Source: Octopus bimaculoides (lineage: Eukaryota). Taken from it: 50,117 bases of DNA. The notes below the pieces were generated by a model, which was not told where the DNA came from, did not search any database, and saw only the letters and a program-made list of their open reading frames with translations. Below, one piece after another: positions 38,282 to 49,319 of the stretch (position 1 is the first letter of the stretch; every line of letters begins with the position of its first letter). The DNA lies in contig NC_068981.1 of NCBI RefSeq assembly GCF_001194135.2, positions 194,053,769-194,103,885 of the forward strand, in the 5' to 3' direction. Both the position numbers and the translations under genes were made by a program.

Positions 38282-39602
38282 ATGATTGTTTAAAGTGGGT
38301 TAAGGAAACACTTATTTCAAAAATTATAATAACTTTGGCAAATGTTATAATAATTTCTAGCAATTTTGAAGAAAGGGAGAAAGTCATGCTCCTCCACCAC
38401 CACCAGTACTTTAATGCCACTTTATTTTACCAACCCACAAAATGTGAAAACCAGAGCTACCCCAGCAGAATTTGATTTCAGAATGTAAAGAGTTAGAAGT
38501 AACGCCCCTAGGCATTTTGTCCAGCATGCTAAGGATTCTGCCAGATCACTGCTTTGATAATAATCCCTCCTACCTTTGGCACAAGGCCTGAAATGGGGGA
38601 GGGGATAGTCAATTACATCAACCCCAGTACACAACAGGTATTTATTTTATTAATCCCTAAAGGATGAAAGGCAAAGTTGAACACTGAATGTAAAACCAGA
38701 TGAACTGGCACGAAGCATTTTGTCTGGCTAGCTAATAATTCTGTGAGGCCACTGCCTTCATCATCATCATTTAATGTCCATTGTCGATGCTGGCCTGGGT
38801 TGGACGGTTTGACCAGGGCTGACAAGCTGGAGAGCTGTACCAAGTTCCAGTCAGATTTGGCATGGTTTCTACAGCTGATGTCTTTCCAAATGCCAATCAC
38901 TCAAAGTGTAATGGGTGCTTTTACGTGCTACTATTTCTGACTGTAATTCCATTTAGACATGGAAAGGTCACAGTTATCTCCCTTAGACAAAGAGGTGATA
39001 TAGTGCAACCTGGAGGAAATAGCCGACAATATCCCTCAAATTACAACCTACAAGCTTCAAAAAAAATAAAATACGGACACTGAATGGGTATCTTTTATTT
39101 GATTTCAGTCACTGGACTGCGACCAGACTTGAGCACCGCTATAAAGCGTCGGGCATATTCTATTACATCGAAGTCAGTACTTGTGGGGATTGACGTGCTG
39201 TTCGATAAATTAAATAGCAAATGTATCAGATTATATATAATCGAACTCTTGAAGGTGGTGCCCCAGCATGGCTACAGGTTAATGAAACTACTCAAATTAT
39301 AAACAATATCGTGATTATTTTATCGATTTTGAAAGAAAAAGAAAAATCAATCCGTTTAGAAAGTAAAGGGAAGTAACTGAGTTATCGTGTTCCATCTAAA
39401 GAAAAATATAATGGAAAATAAATTAATGGCTTCCATTGATTTTCTCTCACCCACCCTCATTCTACCCTGGAAGTTTTGTCTTCCAATTTCATTTACATCT
39501 AGTATTTCTCTTGCGGAATATGACATCGATCGCAGTACTTTGCTGGTTCTTTATTTCTATCGATCATGCAAGGATAAAAGTCCAAGCGGACCGTCATACC
39601 TA

Positions 39603-40685
39603 CTCAAGTGTGCCCTCTCCCATCGACTTTGTTTCCTCATAACTTTCAGAAAAATGGATATTTTTAAGTGAAATTTTATATAAATACGTTTCAGGTGGTG
39701 TAGAGTCTGGGGATCTTTTTTAAAACGGGGGCCACATTTTTCATTAATGTTTTACGTAGTGTTTTTGGTACCGAAAGACTTTCAAACTTCGTATACTTAT
39801 CTATTTTGTGTTATAGAACAGAAAAATATTTTTGTATTCCAATTTATTTCATGTAAAAAATTGTCTTATTTCGATAATTTCAACCAATCACTGACAAGTA
39901 TTCAGTTGTTTACATTTACTCCTTTGGCTGATTAAGCGGTGTAAAGCGTATTTAATCTCCATACCTTCGTTTTATTTGCTTTTTTCATTTTAAATTTGCT
40001 TTAACCCTAACCCTATGGTTAGGGTTAGGGTTAGAGTTAGGGTTAATTGTTTCAGAATCGTTTGTTTATGTAGTCGGCACTTAATGTATATCGGCTGAAT
40101 GGACGTCAGTGATTGGTTGAAATTACAGAAATACGACAACTTTAACATGGAATAATTTATGGATTTCTTTTTTTTTTTAAGAAGACTAAGAGAAAAAGAT
40201 GTTTTATATGACACATTCTACCAGTGTTCCAATTTTCAAAGTGTTTCGTTAATGAAAAATGTGGCCCCCGTTTTAAAAAAGATCCGAGTCTGGTTATATC
40301 GGAATCTGTCGTGAAAAAAGTTGGGCTGAAAGTGGGCTTTCAGTTCTCATAACTTTCGTAAAAATAGGCATTTTTTAATGAAATTTTCTATAAATAGCTT
40401 TCACTTTGCGAAGATTATGATTATATCAGAAATTAATATAAAGTAGAAAATGATGGCCTCGCATATACACATACTGACACACGTCACATGAAATTTCTAT
40501 TTTAAAAAAATGTAATGCGTGTCCGTATGTTTGTATACGAGCCCAACAATTTTATTTCTTATATTAAATTCCGATATAATCATAATTTACACCATCTGAA
40601 GCGTATTTGTATAAAATTTCATTAAGAAAATACGTAATTTTCAGGAAGTTATGAGGAAACAAAGTCGAGAAGAGGTACACTTGTG
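39603..40685. mobile_element. Long-TIR MITE with probable TA target duplication (Tc1/mariner-like), interrupted by the 39711-40285 element
   Basis: Left arm CTCAAGTGTGCCCTCTCCCATCGACTTTGTTTCCTCATAACTTTCAGAAAA...GGTGTA matches the reverse complement of about 40540-40685. TA flanks at 39601-39602 and 40686-40687. The arm match continues across the inner insertion (TTATATCGGAAT). Confidence 0.7.
39711..40285. mobile_element. 575-bp MITE, Merlin-like (GG termini, 8-bp TSD GAGTCTGG), long imperfect TIRs and central telomere-like repeats
   Basis: TSD GAGTCTGG at 39703-39710 and 40286-40293. 37-bp perfect TIR GGATCTTTTTTAAAACGGGGGCCACATTTTTCATTAA. Further inverted match around TTTCAACCAATCACTGAC. 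TAACCC/GGGTTA repeats at about 40002-40045. Confidence 0.85.
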
Positions 40686-41532
40686 TACATATACAACTGG
40701 ACCTCATCGTCATCAAAACTTGGACAAGATTATCTCGAGTTACAGAATTTACCAGGTTTCCATGGCATGTAATTGACCGAGTTCATCACATTCCTCCGGG
40801 ACGGGGCGCTAGTCCATCGCAAAATGACTCATTTACAGTTGAGTGAACTGGAACAAAGTGAAATTAAAGTGTTCTACTTAAAAACACAACGCGCCTCCGT
40901 CCGGGAAGCGAAACCGCAATCCTTGTAAGTGCAACGCCCTAAGCACCAGGCCACGCGCCTTCAAAAAGTGGACCACGACAGGATTTGAACTGAAAATGTA
41001 AGGAACCAGATCGATTCTGCAAAGATTCTGCTGACCCACCTCCTTTAGGTTGTATATATGACTTTAAATGCCCACACATGCGCGCACACTCGCACGAACA
41101 TACGGAAGACGTACACAGACACACACACATACATACATACACCCATGCAGGCGACGGATTGACACGGAACTGTAAGAACGCCAGACAGGGTTCCTTGTAG
41201 TATTGGGTCCAGCATTCTGAGTTCAAACCCCGTCGTGGCCAGCCTGGGTGGTAGACTTAATCGGCTACCCCGTTTAACACCACCACTATCTGGCACTTTG
41301 GGTGTCTTCAGGCGAGTTTATTCCGTTGCGAACATTCGGGCTGGGTTTTCGGTTTTGTATATAACTTTAAAAACCATAATATTTACATAACTACGACCGT
41401 GTAGTCAAGACGTTTGTTTCACAACCATGGAGATCCGGGTTCAAACCTACAGCGCAGATCTTCGGGTAAGCGTCTTCGACAGTCTCAATTCACTACCAAC
41501 CTTGAAAGTGAAAACAGATAGATTGAAGCTTT

Positions 41533-41847
41533 AACTGGCACTCGACGACGAGTGTTCCAGTTGATCCGATCAACAGAACAGCCTGCTCGTGAAATTAACG
41601 TGCAGGTGACTGAGCACTCCACAGACATGTGTACCCTTAACGTAATCCTCAAAGAGATTCGGCATGACACACACAGTGACAAGGCTGTCCCCTTTGAATT
41701 ACATGTGCTGCTCATTTTTGCCAGCTGAGGGATTGGAGCAACGTGAAACAAAACGTCTTGCTCAAGAAGAATGTGCCGCCAGGAATCGAACTCGTCACCT
41801 TATGGTCGTGAACCGAATATTCTAACTACTAAGTCACGCACCTTCAC
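41533..41847 (-). mobile_element. SINE family C, CpG-retaining copy; others at 21140-21450 (+), 21810-22008 (-), 40748-40962 (-) and 12100-12250 (-)
   Basis: Minus strand GTGAAGGTGCGTGACTTAGTAGTTAG...GAGTTCGATTCCTGG (A and B boxes), then the same body as 15056. Confidence 0.8.
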
Positions 41848-43229
41848 CAGATGGAAGCCTATCGAGTAGGCGATATCTGTTCTATAGGTAATGTTAAACT
41901 TTATAAGTCCGGTTTAACACTACCCACCAGATCCTTGGGTGTCTCTTTCGGAATCCACCCACTTGCAAATGTGAGGGGGAAGTGGTGTAGCATGGACAAG
42001 GCCACAGGGGCAGTTGCCCTCGATGCAAAATTCTTTGAAGTACAACATTTCGAGAAGAAAAGAAACTCTCTCCCCGCAACAGTTACCCCGCCTCGACAGT
42101 TGCAAGTATTACGGGGATAATGGTTCAGCAAAAGATTTTGGTACCATAAGCACCAGTCTTAGAAAGTCCTGGAGTCGATTCATTCGACTAAAAAGGCGGT
42201 GCCCCAGCATGGCCGCAGTCTAATGACCGAAAAAAGACAAAAATAATTTTAGGAATTTATTTCTAAGAAATTCAAACATACTTTCCAGATTACCAGAACA
42301 AAATGTGACAAGAAAGAAAAATGGTAACGTCTGTTACTAGTAATAATAATGGTTTCAAATTTTCCCACGAGGGCAGAGGTTTTGGGGGATGGGAGGACTC
42401 AATTACATCGACCCCAGTGTTCAACTGGTACTTATTTTATCGACCCCGAAAGGATGACAGGCAAAGTCAATCTCGGCGGAATTTAGTAATAATAATAATA
42501 ATAATACAGAGTACACAACGGTAATTTTCCTGTTGCTTTGCCGCGAAACTAAGAACGATAACATCAAAATTCCTTCCCATCTGTAGAACATACTAGATGT
42601 ATATACACTGTTACAANNNNNNNNNNNNNNNNNNNNNNNNNNNNNNNNNNNNNNNNNNNNNNNNNNNNNNNNNNNNNNNNNNNNNNNNNNNNNNNNNNNN
42701 NNNNNNNNNNNNNNNNNNNNNNNNNNNNNCTTTTATGATAAACCAAATCACTTTTGTTGCAATCATGGCGCTTCCAACCAGCAGCAACACATTTATGAGA
42801 AAATTTTCCTTAAAGTAAAAAAAAAACACTTGACGCGTAATCACAGAGATATGAGTTCGAGTCTCATGGCTGGCCAGTAATGTATTTTTCTGTATTATAT
42901 GGATAATTTATCCTGATCTCGCTATTTATAGCATTATCACACGTTTGAGAAATAAATTTATTTCTGTTTCTCACAATACATCTCAACGCTTCTAAAAAAA
43001 AAAAAAAATTTTTAACTTTGTTTACTTTCATTGTAAAAGTTTTTTTTTTAAAGTTTAAAAAGACAAGTAATCAAGGTAAAACTATAAGGTTTTCCTATTG
43101 AATCGGAGGGAATCTTTCGATAAAAGTCTATGACGTCACGAGTGACTTTGTAACAGTTTTCCATTTGCTCGACAGAGGTGAATAGTCAAACACACTCGCA
43201 CACATATTCACTCCTGACTTATGTCATGT

Positions 43230-43257
43230 GCAATTTCTTTATTGCCCACAAGGGGCT
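43230..43257 (-). mobile_element. 28-nt retro-insertion consisting only of the tail A stem-loop and AATAAAGAAAT, with a 13-bp TSD
   Basis: ACTTATGTCATGT at 43217-43229 and 43258-43270 flanks GCAATTTCTTTATTGCCCACAAGGGGCT. Confidence 0.85.
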
Positions 43258-43898
43258 ACTTATGTCATGTACCAATACCGAAACATTACTAAGTAGGAAT
43301 TTTTCTCGTGCGTAAAAAAAAACAGAATTTTTTAGGGTATGTATATGATTAAGAAATGTAAATTACGAATCTCAAATTTTCAGTTTTGTATCGCAAAAAA
43401 AACAAAAAGGTTTATACTTAGCCATCATTAAAAGGCGAACGGAAGAAGTTCAAACTTGAATTCGAGGCAGAAAAAGATATTTTATGCTTCCAAAGCCGAG
43501 TATTTTTATAATCTTGGCAACATCTCCACATAGTAAAAAAGCTAAATTTTTATTATTGTACAGGTCCCGTGAGATGAATGTGAATTTCCGATCGCTAGAC
43601 TGTCGAAAGGGTTCTCACTGCCTCGTAGAGAAAGAAAAGATCAAGGAACCGAGTGGCTGTTTTCTTCTTTAAAGTTTTGTCCCTCCAAAATCAGTACCTT
43701 TCTTCAGTAAATACTATTACACCCATTTCATGAAACGGGTGGATAAAAAATAAATTACCATTATTCTAGCCATTCTATACTACATATTTCGGTAGATAAA
43801 CAGGGTACTAAAAGAACTTTCAAAAGAACACGAGTCAGTAGGAATCCCGGATAAATTTTTAACTATAGTTCTAATGAAGTGTTGAATGTTGGTCAAGC

Positions 43899-44103
43899 GG
43901 TACTACTAAAGCAGCGCGGACCCGAACGCGCAGTCGCGCGTCCGCGCTAGCTAGTCTTGAGTGGTCGATCCTAACCCTAACCCTATCCCTAACCCTAACC
44001 CGCATGTGCAAATGAATACGTGTTTAGGGTTAGGGTTAGGATCGACCACTCACGACTAGCTAGCGCGACTGCGTGTTCGGGTCCGCGCTGCTTTAGTAGT
44101 ACC
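43899..44103. mobile_element. 205-bp foldback MITE, Merlin-like (GG termini, 8-bp TSD GGTCAAGC), with (TAACCC)n/(TTAGGG)n inner arms
   Basis: TSD GGTCAAGC at 43891-43898 and 44104-44111. The arms GGTACTACTAAAGCAGCGCGGACCCGAAC...GGTCGATCCTAACCCTAACCCT are near-perfect inverted copies of about 80-90 nt (2 substitutions, one 8-nt indel). Confidence 0.85.
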
Positions 44104-44280
44104 GGTCAAGCTAGGGTTTGTCCAAAAGAAAATAAATTGACCACAAAAATTGTTCAAGCAATTTTTTACCGACGTTTTCCAATTTTTATCTGCCCAAATC
44201 AAAATGACGGAATGGCTCGTCTTGGAATACCTATTATGGTACGTTTAAGTACAATCTAAGAAACAGTGGGGTATCACTCA

Positions 44281-44580
44281 AACTTGGGCACCGAACCGTT
44301 AATCCGTTAATTAACGACGTTAACATTTTCGTTAACGATTTAACTTTTAAGTTAACTTTGGAAAGCATTATCGGACTTAACTTCCGTTAACTTCAATTTA
44401 ATTGAAGTCCACGGATTTTATAGTTTTGACACTTTTGAAAGGTGGTTTTAGAACAAAAACTGAATTTTTTTTTTCTTTAATAAAAATTAACGTTAACGGT
44501 TTATCGATAACTTCTGCTACATTAGGAAATAACTGATTAACAGTTATCGAAGTTAACTTTTTCGTTAACGGTGCCCACTT
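44281..44580. mobile_element. Probable MITE with short TIR (TGGGCACCG) and repeated subterminal GTTAAC motifs (hAT-like organisation)
   Basis: TGGGCACCG near 44285 and CGGTGCCCA near 44569-44577. Seven GTTAAC palindromes cluster toward the ends. No clean TSD found. Confidence 0.5.
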
Positions 44581-46259
44581 TTATTTAGTATCACATAAAA
44601 ATACACAATTCAACAAACTGAGAGAGAGAGGGAGAGAATGACCGTATTTGCTTACAACTGTTGAACAAGTAAAGGAATGCTCGTGTTCACAGGAGGACAT
44701 CAGGACAAGACGTGGCTTCACCACAGAGTAATATTCAAGATAAAATAAGCGAAACTACGAAGCAGTAAAATGCGGAGTTGTTGATAAGAGTGTCAAATAA
44801 ATACAAGAGAAGGCTTGTAGAGCAGCATCCGAAAGTTACGGCGAGCGTTGATGACAGCTAATGCATCGTGCTCTCTCAGGTTGGCTGAAAAAACGATTCT
44901 ACTCGGCAGACACAGGAAACGGTTATTTATCTGTTGATTTCTAGTTAGTAAACCGATTGGAGATACATGCAATATAACAAGTTAGCGACATCTGTTACTG
45001 AAACACAAATCTGCCAAAAGTAAATTCCCAAACCTAGAACGAGGGGAATATGTAGGGGTCACAATAGCCTGGCACCGCCTGGATTCGCGGTTATAGAGAA
45101 AAGCCATTCATTTACCCAAGATAACACGCAAGAGAATCCAGCTCAGAACCAAGTGGTTGAGAACAAACAAACCGTATTTGAGAAGCATTAAGTTTTCTAG
45201 AATATGCGCTGCTGAAATTGGGATGCGTCATTACCGATGCGACTTTTATACAATCACATACGGTTTGCTAGTTTATATATTCTTTATCTTTCAGTCCAGA
45301 GCACTGCGACCATGCTGGAGCACTGCCTTGAAAGGGCTTTTAGTCGAATGAATCGACCCCAGTATTCTATCGTTGTTTTGCCAAACCGCTAAGTTACGGA
45401 GACATAAGCCAACGCCTGTTGTCAGCGATGGTGGGGATAAACACACACACATATACATTTGTAACCGAGGCAAAATGTGTAACTGATCTTTCGTTATTTT
45501 CTCCCTGTCGGTTTGAAATCATTCCATTGCAAGCATTGCATCAGTATGGCAAATTATAATGAAATAAAGTATTGCTTCAGTATTTTGTATTGTTGCATCA
45601 TCTTTAGGAGTAAAAATTGGTCAGCATAGTTGTTGAAGGTGAGTCAATCCGAAAAAGTGAGGTGATTTTCTCTTCTAGAAATATTTCCTTGACTTTGACC
45701 CGATTATAACTGAGGTTGCCAATAAAAAAAAAACTGGATAATTTTGATATGTATGAATGTTTTCTCCAGAAAACAGAGTAGAAAAATTAACCTTATCTTG
45801 ACTTACTCATTTTACCCCAGCCAAATTTGTCTTTTAATCTGCTCAAAGAGAACGGCAATAATTTTCTGAAATAGTGATCAGATTAAATTGTTTTTATAAC
45901 AAGGAGAGGTTGCTAAAGGAAGATAAAAGGTTTTGAGGTCACCATTTTAGGTTTGTTGACACCACCACCACCTTAACGTTGTCCGTCGGTTATTGGGTCG
46001 ACAAAAAGTTGCTCTCACGTCGGGTTGACTCCGTGGTTGCTGGTTGAAGATGATGTCGGCGACGGTAGTTGTTGATAGCAGTGTGTGGTACACAGACGTC
46101 ACCTACTGTGTTGGATAGCTGTCGGGTAATAACAGCAGCTCGGCTTTGTTCAATAAAGCTTTATCCACAGCAGTGTGCGTTACAGATGAATTGCCTTGCA
46201 AAGAGATGTACAGTGTTTAATAGAGATGTCTCTGGTGTGTTAGCAGTGAATGAATGTTC

Positions 46260-47750
46260 ATTTCTTTATTACCCACGAGGGGTCGACAAAGAGGGACATG
46301 CATCACATTGGGGACACATAACAATTGCACAAAATATAATTAAATTAAAATTAAATAAAATGTATGATATAATGAAAGATGGAAAAAATGTGAAAATGAA
46401 AATGGTGTTACTTGCCCCGCCAAGTAACATCACTTGTTTCCTTTCCTCTATTCTCCATTATGTTTAAGCCAAATCTCTTTTTCAGTTCTTTAAATTCAAT
46501 AAACTGTGGCAGCTTTTCCTTGTCAAAAATCAACCTTCCACACTTCGCAATCCACATTGTGTCCTCTCTACTTTCATCTTTTGCTGTTCCATTAATAATA
46601 GCACCACACCTTCCACACCTACATCAACATGAACCGTGTTCTCCCGTTCAATTGCCTTTTCAAACAGGTTTTCATCTATGGGNNNNNNNNNNNNNNNNNN
46701 NNNNNNNGGGGGGGGGGGGGTTGCGCGGCATTGTATGAATGTGATCTTTTCTTTTGCTTTTGTGATGGAGGGGAATGGGAAGGCCTAGTGTTTGCAGGGC
46801 GAGGGTGGGAAAAGAGGGTATGGGTGGGTCTTGGGTAGTTGTTGGGTGAAGTTTTGTGTGTATCTTCTCTTTCTTTTCCCTTCCCATTCTTCCTCTTTTT
46901 CTGGAAACATTTCTTCCCCCCTCTTGTCCTTCCCGAGGCTTCTCTTGTGTCTTGCATTTCTTCCACTCTTTTATTTGGTGGAGGGCATTTAGCTCTGACG
47001 TGGCCCTTCTGACCACATTTAAAACAGCGCAGTGTTCTGCCCTTCACCCTTACATGCATTATGATTTCGTTTATAGTCACCGTTTCTTCTTTTGCCTCAT
47101 TTGAACCTTGAACTATCATGTTTAAAACTTGGCCTTTTCAATTCACGCTTTTCGTCTTAGTGGCCTGGAGCACCACTATTTTGCCCTCGGTCTCAGCCAA
47201 GACAGCAGCCGCTATCCAGGCCGGACTTCAATTTCTCCAAATGTCGACCCTCTGGCAAGATATGTTATTTCTTGCCAGATTGGCCTCAGCATTTTCTCTA
47301 CTTGCTCTGTTGTCATGTGGTCAATTTTTCCTTTCTTAATCGAGGAGGTCTTGAACATTATCGTTCTGTCTTTCATTATGTTTCTCGTTTCATGCGGAGG
47401 GGGTCACTTGCACGTTGTAACCGTCTCGACTTAATAGTTTATTGAATTTATCCATTTCGTTCACACATTGTCGTCCGATTATCGATCTACGTCTGCGAAC
47501 TTCCACTTTCCCAATTCCTTGACCATAACCTCAATAGTTCTTCTGATGTTTACAACTCTGATCCGCTAAGGTCTGAGTAAAATAAATTCCTTTTGCTAGC
47601 CATCACTAACCCTCAATGAGAGAAAGCACAACAAACTGCTGCAAAGCAGCACACAACAATCAAAACTTCAAAGCAACTTAACAGGCAAACTGAACAGTTA
47701 ATTCGAAGAGGACAACACTAGAAACTCGTTCTTTGTGTAGAAACTAGTGA
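46260..47750 (-). mobile_element. Decayed non-LTR retrotransposon derivative (L1/Tx1-like): 5' UTR, gag-like ORF1 with CCHC zinc knuckle, and 3' tail; no RT/endonuclease seen
   Basis: Minus frame reads ...VKGRTLRCFKCGQKGHVRAKCPPP (CX2CX4HX4C) at about 47030-46985. An upstream frameshifted segment reads MKDRTIMFKTSSIKKGKIDHMTTEQVEKMLRPIWQEITYLARGSTFGEIEVR. A T-rich 3' region ends in ACCCCTCGTGGGTAATAAAGAAAT at 46283-46260. The clade call is inference from the ORF1 type. Confidence 0.7.
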
Positions 47751-48970
47751 CCACTTTCCGTCTTTATGTAAAGGGCAGTGAATGAATGTGTGAAGACATT
47801 AGTTGTGCTTTGAATATACAGAGACTTAAAAGTAGTCTTTCTAGTTAGCACGAGATAACGAGATGGAGTTTGGTCCGTTCTGCTGGCGCACGTGGAAGAT
47901 TGATATCGTGTGTAAGACCAGCGTTAACGCGATAGAACAGAACCGCAGGTCTGGAGTCCTTTAGAAGCGAGACAAGGAACTCGGTTGACTATGGCTGCGA
48001 CTACATTATATAAATGACAATCGGACGTGTCAGAGAACGCTTGCTCGAGGGAGCCGGTCTATTCACCAACACAGACTGAATAGAGCTGTAAACCAACAGT
48101 GTCGTTTGCGCATACTCGGAGATCCAAAAATTCACTTTTAAACAACTGCTAATAGACATGCTACACTTAATGCGTGTAAGGGAAGGCCATTTGATAAGCT
48201 GATAAAGTTTTTGTAAGGTAAAGAATATATTTTGTCTCAAAGTCAAAAATGTAGTAAAAACCTCAACACCCGCCCATATATTTATGTTCACATACGACGG
48301 GCTTTCGGTTGCCGTCTACCAAATCATCTCGCGTTTTGGTCAGCACTGGGCTACCAAAAGAAATACTTGCCTAAAGTACCATGAAATGGGACTGAACCTG
48401 GAGCCATTTGGTTGGTAAGCAAACTTACCACGCACCCCGCATTTAGATATTTCCTTAAGCCTACGGTAGTAAAGTAGAATTAACAGTTTTGTACACAGAC
48501 AACACAAAAACCGAGGGTCCATTCCGAATTTACAAATCAAAGTAAAAACAATAAAAAAAAATAAAAAATAAAAAAAAAAACCACGGTCCGCGCAGTTTCT
48601 GTTACATAAAAGATTGAGAAAGGAAGGATATTTGTGGGGCAGATATTCACCTGGGAACATTAGTGACATAAGTGAAATGAGATCAAGCAGGAACCGAACG
48701 CTTTCCTGTATCTCAACAGTTATTAACTTAGTGACAGAACTAATTAGCAATTAAGACTATTGAAATACACACATCGCTATCTGAAGTATTTGAGGACAAG
48801 AAATGCAGGTGATGGAAAACAATGGGATAGAAAATAAGATTTTAAAGATTCATCTATATTAATTCTTGTTCATACAATTGGGAATGTAGTGTTTAATATT
48901 GTGGAATGTTTCGGTAAAGGAAAACAAATGAAGCGAATGGTTTTGGTATCACCGAGAAATCGTTGCTAAG

Positions 48971-49009
<39 letters not shown>

Positions 49010-49319
49010 CAGATTAGGAACATGATCTGGTTTTAAACTTAGTATAAAAAGAAAATCGATTCCAGTACTTGTCTGGTACTTTATTTTAGATCAACGCCAG
49101 AAGGATGGAAAGTGAAGATGTACCAAGATGATCAAACATTTGTAGATTAAAAGAAATGAAATGTTAAAATTCCTTTCCTGTAAATATCTTCAGTTGAATT
49201 CTTTTCCAATCAATGAGGTTAGGTGGTGATGTGCATGGAGAGAAGAACCCAAAATATCATACAAACTTTAAAAATAAAAGAATTCTGCAAAGTCCGAATT
49301 TGAAATTCATAGAAAATAA

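Noticed and set aside
40002-40045. TTAGGG repeats as a true telomere or chromosome fusion site
   Set aside because: Only a few units, and they lie inside TSD-bounded transposons.
42830-42880. tRNA-like T-arm GAGTTCGAGTCTC
   Set aside because: No acceptor stem or D-arm can be built; likely a SINE head remnant. All other A/B boxes in the window belong to SINEs.
46069-46467. 132-aa plus ORF in CpG-rich DNA
   Set aside because: Runs antisense through the LINE 3' tail; no domain recognised.
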